Notes: generated by a model from the letters alone, not told the origin. A DNA stretch of 64,000 nucleotides from Patescibacteria group bacterium (GCA_041658075.1 JBBAAW010000002.1:602-64601), one strand, 5' to 3'; shown: positions 28,073 through 38,124, counted from the first letter of the stretch. Program-made: numbers and translations.

Positions 28073-29305
28073 ATGCAAAACTTTAGAATTAAACTGCCTA
28101 CAAACGCCTCTCTACCAAAGTTGGTCCCGTTAATAGTTCCCTTAGTTGTACTGATGCTTTCTGACTCAATTATCGCCTATTCGGTACCTATTTACGCTCA
28201 AAACCTTTTTTCCAACGACTTTTTTACCGGACTTGTGATATCTTTCTCTTCCTTAGTCGGACTGGTTTTTGACTTTCTAAGTAAACGGCTTTTTGGTAGT
28301 AAAAACTTTTCATTTTTCATTAAGTTCACCTTTATTTTGTTGATAATAGTTTCTTATTCCTTGGGGCTTTCTTTTATTAATAAATACATCTTTATATTCG
28401 CAATGGCTATTTGGGGTATTTACTATGAAACTCTGGCCTTTTCCAACTTTAAGTATCTTAAAAATTTCGTGAATTCTAATGACTACACATTTTCCTGGGG
28501 ATTCATCAGCATGCTAAGAGCGCTCATTTACGGAATCGGTCCTTTAATTGCCACGGTATTGATTTCCAAACAGCTCCAATTACCCGCGTATCTTTGCGGA
28601 ACCTTTGTTTTGCTCGCGTTCTTTTTATATCTTGCATTATTTAATAAAGAATCAAAAGCCCCGGCACAAGCTACTAATACTACGGAGTCAAAGCAGGAGT
28701 TAAAGGTATGGTTTATGTTGTTTAAGAAGATTTATCCCATTTGGGTACTGAATCTGACTCTCGTCCTTATCGATTCAGGATTTTGGACTATCGGTATACT
28801 TATGTCCGAAAATTTGGGAAAAGCGTCTCCGTTAGCTAAACTTATTATTCCTTTATATATGCTTCCGGCTGTAATATTTTCCCCTCTTTCTCAAACAATC
28901 TCTAGTAAATTCGGCAAAAAGAAAACTGCAATTGTCACGTCATTTATTGGTGCATTTTTCTTGGTTTTTACGGGACTAGCTGTCAACATCGAGCTTATTC
29001 TTCTTGCGATATTTGCATATTCAGTTTTCACATCTGTGGCCTTTCCTGCTATTTGCGCTACTTTTGAGGATTATGTCAGTCGACTTGGAAACTTTGATAC
29101 GGATCTTATTGGACTTGAGCAGTCGTCCGGCAACTTTGCATATATTATTGGCCCGGTATTAGCTGGTTTTATTGCTTTACACCTTACCGAACAAAAAGTA
29201 TTTTTAATCTTTGGACTTTTGCTTGCACTCATCTCCTTCCTTGCCCTTATCATTACGCCACGTAAGATAAAGATGCCGCTAAGTAAACTTTTAAAAATAT
29301 CATGA
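28073..29305 (+). CDS. MFS-type transporter
   Basis: About 410 aa and 12 predicted TM helices. The start is trimmed to the Met after the tRNA-Leu. Confidence 0.45.
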   Translation: MQNFRIKLPTNASLPKLVPLIVPLVVLMLSDSIIAYSVPIYAQNLFSNDFFTGLVISFSSLVGLVFDFLSKRLFGSKNFSFFIKFTFILLIIVSYSLGLSFINKYIFIFAMAIWGIYYETLAFSNFKYLKNFVNSNDYTFSWGFISMLRALIYGIGPLIATVLISKQLQLPAYLCGTFVLLAFFLYLALFNKESKAPAQATNTTESKQELKVWFMLFKKIYPIWVLNLTLVLIDSGFWTIGILMSENLGKASPLAKLIIPLYMLPAVIFSPLSQTISSKFGKKKTAIVTSFIGAFFLVFTGLAVNIELILLAIFAYSVFTSVAFPAICATFEDYVSRLGNFDTDLIGLEQSSGNFAYIIGPVLAGFIALHLTEQKVFLIFGLLLALISFLALIITPRKIKMPLSKLLKIS

Positions 29306-29329
29306 TTATGGTATAAAAGTAGGGCGTTT

Positions 29330-29404
29330 GCGAGAGTAGTTCAGTGGTAGAATGCTTCCTTGCCAAGGAAGAGGTCGCGGGTTCGAACCCCGTCTCTCGC
29401 TCCA
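29330..29404 (+). tRNA. tRNA-Gly (anticodon GCC)
   Basis: Acceptor GCGAGAG/CTCTCGC, anticodon loop TTGCCAA, CCA encoded. Confidence 0.8.
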
Positions 29405-29436
29405 TATTAACCAAAAAAAAAATGTATATCCTCTCA

Positions 29437-30527
29437 TGACCTTACGAACACTCTGATATATTAAATTTATGGAAAAAATCATACAAAATGATCCACGAGC
29501 TCGGCTCAGGCTTAGGTGGATTGAGCACTACGAGCACTTTGGTAGGAAGGTTGCACCTACCTGTAGATACTTTGGTATATCCAGGGGTACCTTTTATGTC
29601 TGGTACTACCGGTACCTTAGCCTTGGGGAGGCGGGGCTTAGAAACAAGTCCTCAAGGCCGCATAAGATTAAACGTTGGCTACCTAAGGATATCAGGGAAA
29701 CTATTATTCAATTAAGACTTCAGCGCAAATACGGTCCAGACCGTATGTCTTACTACCTCAAACAAAAGTACAATTGGTTCGTATCTAAAAACACGGTTTG
29801 GCGCCTTTACAAAGAACACGGTTTAAACCGGCTTAAATACAAAAAGACCTGGCAAAGATACCCCCAACGGTACAGCAAGCCGCTCCCTGGCGACCGTGTG
29901 CAGGTAGATGTAAAGTTTTTGGATAAACTGGAAGGATCTGATAAGAGGTATTATCAATTTACAGCAATTGATGACTGCACAAGGTTTAGAGTGCTAAGAA
30001 TCTACGATCACAACACCGTTACCAATGCCACCGATTTTATTAACGAAGTCAAAAAGGTGTTGCCTTTTGCTATAAAGCAAATCCAGACCGATAACGGCAG
30101 TGAGTTTTCCCAAACATTTAGTTGGCATCTGGATGATCTTGGTATACAGCATAGAAAAACAAGGATTTGTTCCCCTGAAGAAAACGGTAAGGTGGAGCGT
30201 AGCCACCGCACCGATGAGGCCGAGTTTTACAGCATTAATCGTTTCGTATCCATCCAGCACTGTATGAGGCTTCTAAAACAATGGGAAACGGAATACAATG
30301 AGCAAAGACCTCATATGGCCTTGGGAGGTAAAACTCCTAAGGAGTATTTGGAAGAAAAGTTGAAAAATCATGTTTCTAGCCAAGTATTAATTTCACCTAT
30401 GAAAAGTGTTCAGGAGGTGTGGTAGATATCACACACACACACACAGTCGCATAACAAAAAGATCTCTGCTTCACTCCGGCTCCACTGATATTAGACTTAA
30501 TCGTCTTATATATCACTGATGAGGTCA
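29437..30527. mobile_element. IS481-family insertion sequence (~1.09 kb)
   Basis: A single transposase ORF is flanked by imperfect terminal inverted repeats. Read outer to inner on both ends they are TGACCT...TGATATAT. The element sits between tRNA-Gly and tRNA-Phe. Confidence 0.6.
29469..30425 (+). CDS. IS481-family transposase (HTH + DDE integrase core)
   Basis: N-terminal HTH, then the DDE triad in rve-domain context: D in VQVDVKF, D in QTDNGSEF, and E in ENGKVER. Confidence 0.8.
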   Translation: MEKIIQNDPRARLRLRWIEHYEHFGRKVAPTCRYFGISRGTFYVWYYRYLSLGEAGLRNKSSRPHKIKRWLPKDIRETIIQLRLQRKYGPDRMSYYLKQKYNWFVSKNTVWRLYKEHGLNRLKYKKTWQRYPQRYSKPLPGDRVQVDVKFLDKLEGSDKRYYQFTAIDDCTRFRVLRIYDHNTVTNATDFINEVKKVLPFAIKQIQTDNGSEFSQTFSWHLDDLGIQHRKTRICSPEENGKVERSHRTDEAEFYSINRFVSIQHCMRLLKQWETEYNEQRPHMALGGKTPKEYLEEKLKNHVSSQVLISPMKSVQEVW

Positions 30528-30607
30528 CAATAAGACCGAATGGAGATTTCGCCTCAGAAAGTATGTCGTCAAACCAAAGGTTATGCTATATAATGGGTGG
30601 ACGTTAT

Positions 30608-30683
30608 GGGGCGGTAGCCAAGGTGGTCAAGGCACCGGTCTGAAAAACCGGCTATGTGGGTCCGACTCCCACCCTCCCCACCA
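30608..30683 (+). tRNA. tRNA-Phe (anticodon GAA)
   Basis: Anticodon stem CCGGT/ACCGG with loop CTGAAAA. The T-arm is GTGGGTCCGACTCCCAC and CCA is encoded. There is one C-U mismatch at acceptor pair 5-68. Confidence 0.7.
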
Positions 30684-30698
30684 AACTAATACCGGGAT

Positions 30699-31475
30699 AT
30701 GCATAAAGTCTGTGTTGAAAAAGTTTTAGATACAATTAAGTATCAGGAAAACGGCTTACCCGCAAAAGGAGATCCTTCCGTACCTTGGGTTCTAGAAAAA
30801 TTAGATCCCAGTGCTATAGCATCCAGAACTTTAGTTAAATCTTTTGGTGTAATTTCTAAAGGTTTGGTAGATAATATTCAAAGACACGAGGCAAAAAGGG
30901 GAAGACTTTTTCCAAATATTTACGAAAAGATGTTAAATAATCATGACCTTTCACTTAGGGGACAAAGGGTTTTAGAAGTAGGAGCAGGTCCTGGAGCCGT
31001 GTGTTTAGGTCTTCAAGAAATGGGTGCTAAGGTTGTTAGTTTGGACATGTGGGATGGCAGGATTTTTTATGACGAAGAAATTCCATTTTTAGTAGCAAGT
31101 GGCACGGCTTTACCATTTACCGACAAGAGTTTTGATCTTCTTTCTTTGACTTCGGTCTTACATCATCTGCCGGTAGAGTATAGAGAAACAATATTAAAAG
31201 AAGCTTTTAGAGTGGCAAATTTAGTGTTGATTCAGGAAGATTGTTTAGCATCAAATCCAGTTACTAATGCTGCTATGAGGTTGGTAGACGATGGGGTGAG
31301 CGGAGAAATAGGTACTCATCAAGCTGAATCTCATATGACAAAACAGGGATGGCTTGAGTATTTCAAAGAAATGGGTTTAAAGGTATTAGATAGTGAAGAT
31401 TATCATCCCAAATGGTTGGGGGTTGGTATACAAAAAACATTTTTCGTAGTAACAAAAAATGAAAATCAGAATTAA
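30699..31475 (+). CDS. class I SAM-dependent methyltransferase
   Basis: VLEVGAGPGAV motif I with a downstream acidic motif. Confidence 0.65.
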   Translation: MHKVCVEKVLDTIKYQENGLPAKGDPSVPWVLEKLDPSAIASRTLVKSFGVISKGLVDNIQRHEAKRGRLFPNIYEKMLNNHDLSLRGQRVLEVGAGPGAVCLGLQEMGAKVVSLDMWDGRIFYDEEIPFLVASGTALPFTDKSFDLLSLTSVLHHLPVEYRETILKEAFRVANLVLIQEDCLASNPVTNAAMRLVDDGVSGEIGTHQAESHMTKQGWLEYFKEMGLKVLDSEDYHPKWLGVGIQKTFFVVTKNENQN

Positions 31476-32163
31476 CAAATATTTAGCAAACGCGGGCGTT
31501 GGTTCACGCAGAAACAACGAGCAGGACATTAGGGACGACAAAGTAACTATAAACGGCCGAAAGGCAGAATTGGGCGAGTTTATTGACCCAAATAAAGACG
31601 TTATAAAAATTGGTGACAAAAGAGTCTCACAGAATGCTAGACCCGTGTATTTTGCATTGAATAAACCTTTGGGCATCATTTCATCAGTAAAGGACGAACA
31701 CGGCAGAAAAACCGTTGTGGACATTGTTAAATGTAAAGAACGGATTTTTCCAGTGGGAAGGCTTGACTACAATTCCACAGGGCTAATTATTTTAACCAAC
31801 GATGGTGATTTAATGCTAAAACTCACTCATCCTCGTTACCATTTGCCCAAAAAATATTTTGTAGAAGTCAAGGAGTCGTTGCAACAAAACCAAATTGAAG
31901 CCATGCAAAAAGGGATTCGGCTTGAAGATCAAGTAACCTTGCCCGCGGAAGTTAAACGACTTGGAAGAAATAAGTTTGAAATTGTTCTATACCAAGGCAT
32001 AAAGCGTCAAATTAGAGAGATGTGCATAGCCTTAGGCTTAACGGTGGTAACTATTCACCGAACCGATATAGGCCCCCTTAATATTGGCGATTTAAAATCC
32101 GGAGCTTTTAGAAACTTGACCAATAAAGAAGTTGCCATGTTAAAATCTAAGTATGACAAATAA
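31459..32163 (+). CDS. RsuA/RluB-family rRNA pseudouridine synthase with S4 domain
   Basis: S4 domain KIRINKYLANAGVGSRR. Catalytic motif FPVGRLDYNSTGLIILTNDGDL. Confidence 0.85.
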   Translation: MKIRINKYLANAGVGSRRNNEQDIRDDKVTINGRKAELGEFIDPNKDVIKIGDKRVSQNARPVYFALNKPLGIISSVKDEHGRKTVVDIVKCKERIFPVGRLDYNSTGLIILTNDGDLMLKLTHPRYHLPKKYFVEVKESLQQNQIEAMQKGIRLEDQVTLPAEVKRLGRNKFEIVLYQGIKRQIREMCIALGLTVVTIHRTDIGPLNIGDLKSGAFRNLTNKEVAMLKSKYDK

Positions 32164-32347
32164 TTGGCTTTTTTATTTCTTGGCCCTCAAGAATGGCAAA
32201 GCGTCGCAAATTGTACCCATCGACAGATTAAGCGTTGTCTTTACCATAATCCTAGCTTTTATAATTTTGAGTGAAAAAGTGTCGATCAAAACCATAATCG
32301 GCGGAGTAACTATAGTTATAGGTGCAATCTTAGTTGCCTTGGGCTAA
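32153..32347 (+). CDS. short EamA/DMT-like two-helix membrane protein (possible fragment)
   Basis: 64 aa. SQIVPIDRLSVVFTIILAFIILSEKVS resembles the C-terminal EamA repeat. Confidence 0.3.
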   Translation: MTNNWLFYFLALKNGKASQIVPIDRLSVVFTIILAFIILSEKVSIKTIIGGVTIVIGAILVALG

Positions 32348-32379
32348 ACGGCAGTATAGGATATAATATCCCAAAGTGA

Positions 32380-32456
32380 GGGCGATTAGCTCAGCTGGTT
32401 AGAGCGCTTGGTTTACATCCATGAGGTCATAGGTTCGATCCCTATATCGCCCACCA
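32380..32456 (+). tRNA. tRNA-Val (anticodon TAC)
   Basis: Acceptor GGGCGAT/ATCGCCC, anticodon loop TTTACAT, one U-U mismatch in the anticodon stem, CCA encoded. Confidence 0.7.
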
Positions 32457-32477
32457 TGTTCGTGATATTATAAACCC

Positions 32478-33542
32478 ATGACGCCTGCCCGACAACTAGC
32501 CTATGCGGTTAAACTCTTGGGCAAGATCTTTGCCTTAAAAGTCGTTCAATTAATACTTACGGGAATAATTCTAGCGATTACCCTGCCGGCAGTTTTCTTC
32601 TACATTGTTCGGCCTAAACCAGCCACACAGATAAATTACGGAATAAATTTTAGCCAAAAGTACGTCACGGAACTTGGTTTAGATTGGAAGAAGTCGTATA
32701 TACAAATTTTAGACGACTTAAAACCTAAGTACGCTCGCTTGGTGGTTTATTGGGACATTTCAGAGCCTCAAGTTGGAAAGTATAATTATAGCGACATTTT
32801 ATGGCAGCTTGACAAAGCCAGGAAGCGTAATGTTAAAGTAATTTTAACTATGGGAAGAAGGGTGCTGCGCTATCCAGAGTGTCACGAACCCTCCTGGTGG
32901 AAAAATAGTACAGACGAAAAATTTAAGGAAGAAGCACTCCTAAAATACATTGGAAATACTACCAACCAGCTTAAAGTCTACGACAATATAATCATGTGGC
33001 AGGTAGAAAATGAACCAATGTTCCCTTTTGGCGACTGTCAAAAACAAACAAAAGAGACAGTAGAAAAAGAAATAGCTTTGGTGAAAAGCTTGGATACACG
33101 TCCGATTTTGGTGCAGGACAGCGGTGAGGGCGGTTTTTGGCGTCCAATTTATTTAATGGGCGACTATCTGGGGATTTCCATGTACCGCAGAACTTGGTTT
33201 AATTTTTGGAAAGAGGCTGTTGGGACTTCGTTTTATGTGGAGTATCCGCTAGCTCACTGGACTTATAAAATAAAGTCGGTGCTGACGGGAGTTCCTGCAG
33301 ATAAGATTATCGTAACAGAACTGCAAGGCGAACCGTGGGGCCCGGATATAAATTCAAAGTTAACGGAAGAAGAAAAACAAAAAACCATGTCAAAACAACA
33401 ATTCATTGAAACCATAAGCTACGCTCAAAAAAGCGGATTTAAAGACCTTTACTTTTGGGGCGTGGAGTGGTGGCTGTGGGAAAAAGAAGTTAATAACAAC
33501 CCGTTTTATTGGGAAACCGCAAAAGCTATCATCCAAAACTGA
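32478..33542 (+). CDS. membrane-anchored GH5-like (clan GH-A) glycoside hydrolase
   Basis: TM anchor then a TIM-barrel-like domain. WQVENEP is the acid/base NEP motif. Confidence 0.5.
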   Translation: MTPARQLAYAVKLLGKIFALKVVQLILTGIILAITLPAVFFYIVRPKPATQINYGINFSQKYVTELGLDWKKSYIQILDDLKPKYARLVVYWDISEPQVGKYNYSDILWQLDKARKRNVKVILTMGRRVLRYPECHEPSWWKNSTDEKFKEEALLKYIGNTTNQLKVYDNIIMWQVENEPMFPFGDCQKQTKETVEKEIALVKSLDTRPILVQDSGEGGFWRPIYLMGDYLGISMYRRTWFNFWKEAVGTSFYVEYPLAHWTYKIKSVLTGVPADKIIVTELQGEPWGPDINSKLTEEEKQKTMSKQQFIETISYAQKSGFKDLYFWGVEWWLWEKEVNNNPFYWETAKAIIQN

Positions 33543-33590
33543 CATTTTTCCTTTTTAAAGCTATAATTCGCCTGTTTGAAAAGTAAATAC

Positions 33591-33665
33591 TGGGGAGTCG
33601 TCTAATGGCAGGACGCTGCCCTTTGAAGGCAGATACTCTAGGTTCGAGTCCTAGCTCCCCAGCCA
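33591..33665 (+). tRNA. tRNA-Gln (anticodon TTG)
   Basis: U1:A72 acceptor pair typical of bacterial tRNA-Gln, anticodon loop CTTTGAA, CCA encoded. Confidence 0.75.
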
Positions 33666-33794
33666 AAAATTTTAAATATTCGCCTTAAAATGTTTTACGC
33701 CAAAGATATTCTAAGTTTCCAGGAAACGTGTGAAATAGACCGTAGTCTATGGGGCTGCAGTTGTTTCTACCAAGAAAAGTGCTATATTCACTGT

Positions 33795-35009
33795 ATGAAA
33801 AATGTGATTATATTAGGCTCTGGGATCCAAGGAATATGCGCTGCTTTTGCACTAAATAAAAAAGGCTACAGTGTCACTGTTGTTGAAAAAGAAAGTAGCG
33901 TTATTAATAAAACGAGCAAAAATCAAGAAGGAAGGGTGCATTTAGGCTTTACTTATGCTTTAGATAAATCGGGAATGACCGGCAATATCGTGTTGAATAA
34001 CTCTCTACACTTTTCCCTTTTGCTCGAAGAGTGGTTGGGAAAAATTCAATGGGCTAAGTACCTCATGCCGAAAGGCTATTACTTGGTACATAAAGATTCC
34101 CTGCTCACGGAAAGTGAATTAATTGATTATTATGAAAAACTCGATAAAACGTACCTTAATTTCCTAAAAAGAGATTCTAAACTATCATATTTCGGAAAGA
34201 GACCAGAAACACTATTTAAAGTCTTAAAAGATATCCCAAATTCTATGTCACGCTGTAAGATATCAGCTGTGATTAAGACGGAAGAGAGAATTGTTGAAAT
34301 GTTCTACCTAAGAGACTTAATTTTAGATAGTTTGAAAAAGACCACAATTAAGATAATGACTGATACAGAAGTACAACAAGTAATAAGAGAAGATAAAGGA
34401 TTTACAATCATAGCTAAATCTAAAAATAATGAGGAAGTAAGATTAAAAAGTGATATAGTCGCAAACTGTCTGTGGAATAATAGAATACTTATTGATAAAA
34501 CTCTTGGTATTACAACTTTGAAAGACCCTTTATACAGGTTTAAATGTGGAATATTAGGAACTGTAGATCGCCCTGTGCCCACATGCTCAATTGTTACTGG
34601 AGTTTTTGGCAACATTAGTCCTAGGCTAGACCATCGTCATGCTTATATTTCATGGCACTCTGAATGTATGCAGGGTATTACAACAGATGGTACCACACCA
34701 GCTAAATGGGAAGATTCATTTAATGAAAATTTAACAACAGATTTAAATAGCAGCTGGATCAAAAACACAATAAGCAATTTAAGTGAATTTGTACCCTCAC
34801 TAAAGACGTTTAAGCCAATAAAATTACTTCCCGGTATTATATGCTCTGCAGGTAAAACAGATATCGGAGATAAAGATAGTAAAGTACATTCTAGAGGTTC
34901 ACATATCGGAGTGCACTCTTTTGATGGTTATTTTTCAGTAGATACAGGAAAATTTTGCTCTGCGCCGTTTTTTGCAAACGAACTAGTTAAAAAAGTAGAA
35001 GAACTTTAG
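33795..35009 (+). CDS. FAD-dependent oxidoreductase
   Basis: Rossmann dinucleotide motif VIILGSGIQGICAAFAL at the trimmed N-terminus. The longer upstream ORF is Cys-rich and of low plausibility. Confidence 0.55.
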   Translation: MKNVIILGSGIQGICAAFALNKKGYSVTVVEKESSVINKTSKNQEGRVHLGFTYALDKSGMTGNIVLNNSLHFSLLLEEWLGKIQWAKYLMPKGYYLVHKDSLLTESELIDYYEKLDKTYLNFLKRDSKLSYFGKRPETLFKVLKDIPNSMSRCKISAVIKTEERIVEMFYLRDLILDSLKKTTIKIMTDTEVQQVIREDKGFTIIAKSKNNEEVRLKSDIVANCLWNNRILIDKTLGITTLKDPLYRFKCGILGTVDRPVPTCSIVTGVFGNISPRLDHRHAYISWHSECMQGITTDGTTPAKWEDSFNENLTTDLNSSWIKNTISNLSEFVPSLKTFKPIKLLPGIICSAGKTDIGDKDSKVHSRGSHIGVHSFDGYFSVDTGKFCSAPFFANELVKKVEEL

Positions 35010-35030
35010 CAATGTTAGATCTTAAATAAA

Positions 35031-35780
35031 ATGAAACAGGTGGATAAACACTCGACAAATAAAACATCAAAACTTTTACTTTTTGGTGGTACGGGTAAAT
35101 TAGGTAAGGAGCTATCTGCGCAGGCTTCATCTGATATAGAGTTATTTACGCCTAGTCACAATGAATGCGATATCACTAAATTAAACAATGTTATTACGAC
35201 AATAAGAAATATAAAACCTGACACGATAATTAATGCTGCAGCCATTGTTGGGGTAAACGAGTGTGAAAAAAATAGGCTTAATGCCTGGAATACAAACGTT
35301 ATTGGTACACTAAATATCGCAAAGGCATGCGCCGAGAAAAATATTAGATTAATATTTATTTCTTCCGCAGTAATATTCGACGGAATTAAAGGAAATTACA
35401 CAGAAACTGATCCGCCTGCCCCAACCAATTACTATGCACTTACAAAAGTAGCTGCTGAACAGGCTGTTTCTGTAGTACCTAATAGTGCGATAATTCGACT
35501 CGACTTTTTTCCTTTAAATAAATTAAAGTATAATCAAATTTTTATAGACCATTTTACAAGTAAAATTCCAGTCACGGAGGCTGCGTATCAAATACTAAAA
35601 ATCGTTAAGAGTAAGTTTGTCGGAATAATAAATATTGGACAGGGACGGAATAGTCTGTATAACATATTGAAGCCATATTTTCCTGGAATTATTCCGAGTA
35701 AAATAGAAGAATCGACTTTACCGAGCTTTCCAAAGGATATATCTCTGGATTTGACTAAATGGAGAAATATTTTTGAATGA
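35031..35780 (+). CDS. NAD(P)-dependent sugar-nucleotide reductase, dTDP-4-dehydrorhamnose reductase (RmlD)-like
   Basis: LLLFGGTGKLGKEL ... PDTIINAAA ... ISSAVIFDG..G.YTE.D...P.N.Y..TK fits the RmlD substrate-binding family pattern. Confidence 0.65.
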   Translation: MKQVDKHSTNKTSKLLLFGGTGKLGKELSAQASSDIELFTPSHNECDITKLNNVITTIRNIKPDTIINAAAIVGVNECEKNRLNAWNTNVIGTLNIAKACAEKNIRLIFISSAVIFDGIKGNYTETDPPAPTNYYALTKVAAEQAVSVVPNSAIIRLDFFPLNKLKYNQIFIDHFTSKIPVTEAAYQILKIVKSKFVGIINIGQGRNSLYNILKPYFPGIIPSKIEESTLPSFPKDISLDLTKWRNIFE

Positions 35781-35876
35781 GTACAAAAATAACAGATAGT
35801 CTCTATTTTACATCATAAATATCCTAGCGAATGCTGTGAGTTCTGGACCTGTATGCCCAACCAAGTAAAATTGTAA

Positions 35877-36313
35877 ACAGAATTATCAAGTCACATTGTC
35901 CAGAACTTTGTTTGTCGAGGCAATATAGCAAGATCACCTTTTGCTGAAGAAGTAATCAAAAAGGAAATTCGTAAACGAGGTATTGACAACAAGTATTTAT
36001 CAATTTCGAGGGGTGTACAGGGTACTTCTGTTGATCCACAACCAGTGAAGTCTCCAAACATTACATACTATGAAACCCTATACAAAGAAACTAGACCGGT
36101 ACTAAAACGGTTTGATATTGATTTATCATCCCACATGTCGGCTCCAATCGATAAAGATATTACAGGAAAACAAAACAGGCCCTATTGACACTTTTTCCTT
36201 ACGAAGCGAACAAAGTTCACATGTTTTCTGAACTTATAAATGAAGATCGAGAAATCGTAGATCCAAAGGGAGTAAGTGGAAAGAAAAAACAGGAGCAAAT
36301 TTTTACGGACTGA
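35877..36313 (+). pseudogene. low-molecular-weight protein tyrosine phosphatase / ArsC-like pseudogene (no start codon, frameshift near 36186)
   Basis: Frame 1 encodes ...IVQNFVCRGNIARSPFAEEV.., a CX5R(S) P-loop, without an ATG and ends in TGA at 36186. A second frame encodes the matching C-terminus ...DREIVDPKG... Confidence 0.55.
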
Positions 36314-36618
36314 TTAAGAATATATGCTATCTGATTTGTCTCACTTTATTTCCCATCCTGGAAAGTAAAATAGGTTCTAGACCGACATATTCAGCTACGG
36401 GTTTCATCCTGTTGTTACGGCATTTCTACTCCTAAAAGGCGAGAATACACGTTGAACCTCCCAGTTTACCTTGAGCAAATGTTTATTGAGTTTTTAGCCA
36501 CAATATGTAATAATCCCCGAATAACCTACTAAAGGAAGCACAAGTTCCAATCTTTCCTATCTCCATATGCTAAAATAAAGTCATATATCCAACAAAACCA
36601 ACTAGAGCGGTATGTATT

Positions 36619-37059
36619 ATGTTAAAAGGTAATAAAGTACTCCTAATGCGTAGATTAAAAAGTGGAAAAGAATATTGGACATTTCCCGGAGGTGGGGTAA
36701 ATGCAGGAGAAACCATTGAGCAAGCAGTTACAAGAGAGATACAAGAGGAAACATCTATGCCGACAACTATTGAGAGTTTACTTTACGAACATCATTATGA
36801 AACAAGTGACCAATATTACTACCTATGCAAGTACATTTCGGGAAAACCAATTTTAGGAGACGCTATTGAAAAAGCACTAATGAAAAAATCTTCAAGTGAT
36901 ATCTATGATCCTAAATGGGTAAAAATCAACGAACTTAAGGGTTTATTATTATACCCATTAGAAATAAGAGATTGGTTAATAGAAGATTTAAGTACTGGTT
37001 TTAAAGACGAGGTAAGGGTAGCTAACTTAAAATTTTCAGAACTCAGGCAGAGTCTATAG
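36619..37059 (+). CDS. NUDIX hydrolase
   Basis: Nudix box GGGVNAGETIEQAVTREIQEETS. Confidence 0.85.
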   Translation: MLKGNKVLLMRRLKSGKEYWTFPGGGVNAGETIEQAVTREIQEETSMPTTIESLLYEHHYETSDQYYYLCKYISGKPILGDAIEKALMKKSSSDIYDPKWVKINELKGLLLYPLEIRDWLIEDLSTGFKDEVRVANLKFSELRQSL

Positions 37060-37088
37060 AAAACTGACGAGATCCATTTCACTTTGTT

Positions 37089-37781
37089 TTGATATATAAT
37101 CAAAATATGAAAAATAATAAATCGATTTTAATAGTATTCTCTATTTTAATTTTATTTCTTTTAGTTTTCGTGGGGTGGAAATTAACAAGTAAAAAACCCG
37201 CGCAGGACATGTCGTCCTCACAAAATCAGCAAACACAGAAACCCAACGAGGAAAACACCACTAGTTCTGTAAACGGAAATGTTTTCGACTTAATAAAACT
37301 TGGAAAAATCTTAAAATGCACGTACAGCATGGATGCAGAGGGAGTATCAATATCGGGAATTTCGTACGTGTCAGGAAAGAATATGAGAGGAGATTTTGAA
37401 AATACAGATCCAACAGGCAGTAAAATGCAAAGTCACATGATTTCCGACGGCGCGTGGGTTTACACCTGGACATCAGCTTCCCCGCAAGGGTTTAAAATGA
37501 ACGTAAGCGACGCTGAGTCAAAAACTCCTACAGCTGACACAGGCAGCTCAGCGAATGGTCAAAACTTGGATAATTTCAAGAATAACCTGGACTTTAAATG
37601 CAATCCGTGGGTTGAAGACACGTCTCTATTTCAAGTACCTTCGGATATCAAGTTTACAGACTTTTCGGAGTCGATGAAAAATATTAATTCGGGCAGCAAA
37701 GACACTATGTGCGCCGCGTGCGATTACGCACAAAGCGAAGAAGATAAAGCTGCCTGCAAAAAACAGCTGGGGTGTCAATAA
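37089..37781 (+). CDS. hypothetical secreted/membrane-anchored Cys-containing protein
   Basis: N-terminal TM or signal, Ser/Thr/Asn-rich linker, eight Cys in the C-terminal half. Confidence 0.4.
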   Translation: MIYNQNMKNNKSILIVFSILILFLLVFVGWKLTSKKPAQDMSSSQNQQTQKPNEENTTSSVNGNVFDLIKLGKILKCTYSMDAEGVSISGISYVSGKNMRGDFENTDPTGSKMQSHMISDGAWVYTWTSASPQGFKMNVSDAESKTPTADTGSSANGQNLDNFKNNLDFKCNPWVEDTSLFQVPSDIKFTDFSESMKNINSGSKDTMCAACDYAQSEEDKAACKKQLGCQ

Positions 37782-37874
37782 AACTCAGAAGAAGAACGTC
37801 TCATAGTTTTACCAAACTGACTTCTTGATATATAATCCGCGTGTCTAGCGAATCAGTGACGTGGGGGTGTAACG

Positions 37875-38111
37875 ATGTTGCCCAACCGCAAGAAAAAGCT
37901 TGTTCTTGTCCAAAGGAAAATCTATCGTGTTGTCAATTCCAAAGGCGTTAGCGGCCTCACGCCGAGGAATAGAACGATAGGAGTCCCAGTTAGAACTAAC
38001 TTGGTTTACATAACGACTCTGAGTAAGTGTTACTTCAGGTTCGTTGTAAGAGGGACTAAAATCATCATTGACTTGAGGCGAAGGGATCTAGAGAAACTTG
38101 AGGAGGCGTGA
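37875..38111 (+). CDS. hypothetical small basic protein
   Basis: 78-aa ORF of uncertain reality. Confidence 0.2.
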   Translation: MLPNRKKKLVLVQRKIYRVVNSKGVSGLTPRNRTIGVPVRTNLVYITTLSKCYFRFVVRGTKIIIDLRRRDLEKLEEA

Positions 38112-38124
38112 CTACCAACCAAAA

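Noticed and set aside
30431-30445. (CA)7 dinucleotide run considered as a possible repeat array or CRISPR-like feature
   Set aside because: It is a simple microsatellite with no spacer-repeat periodicity. No CRISPR array is present anywhere in the window.
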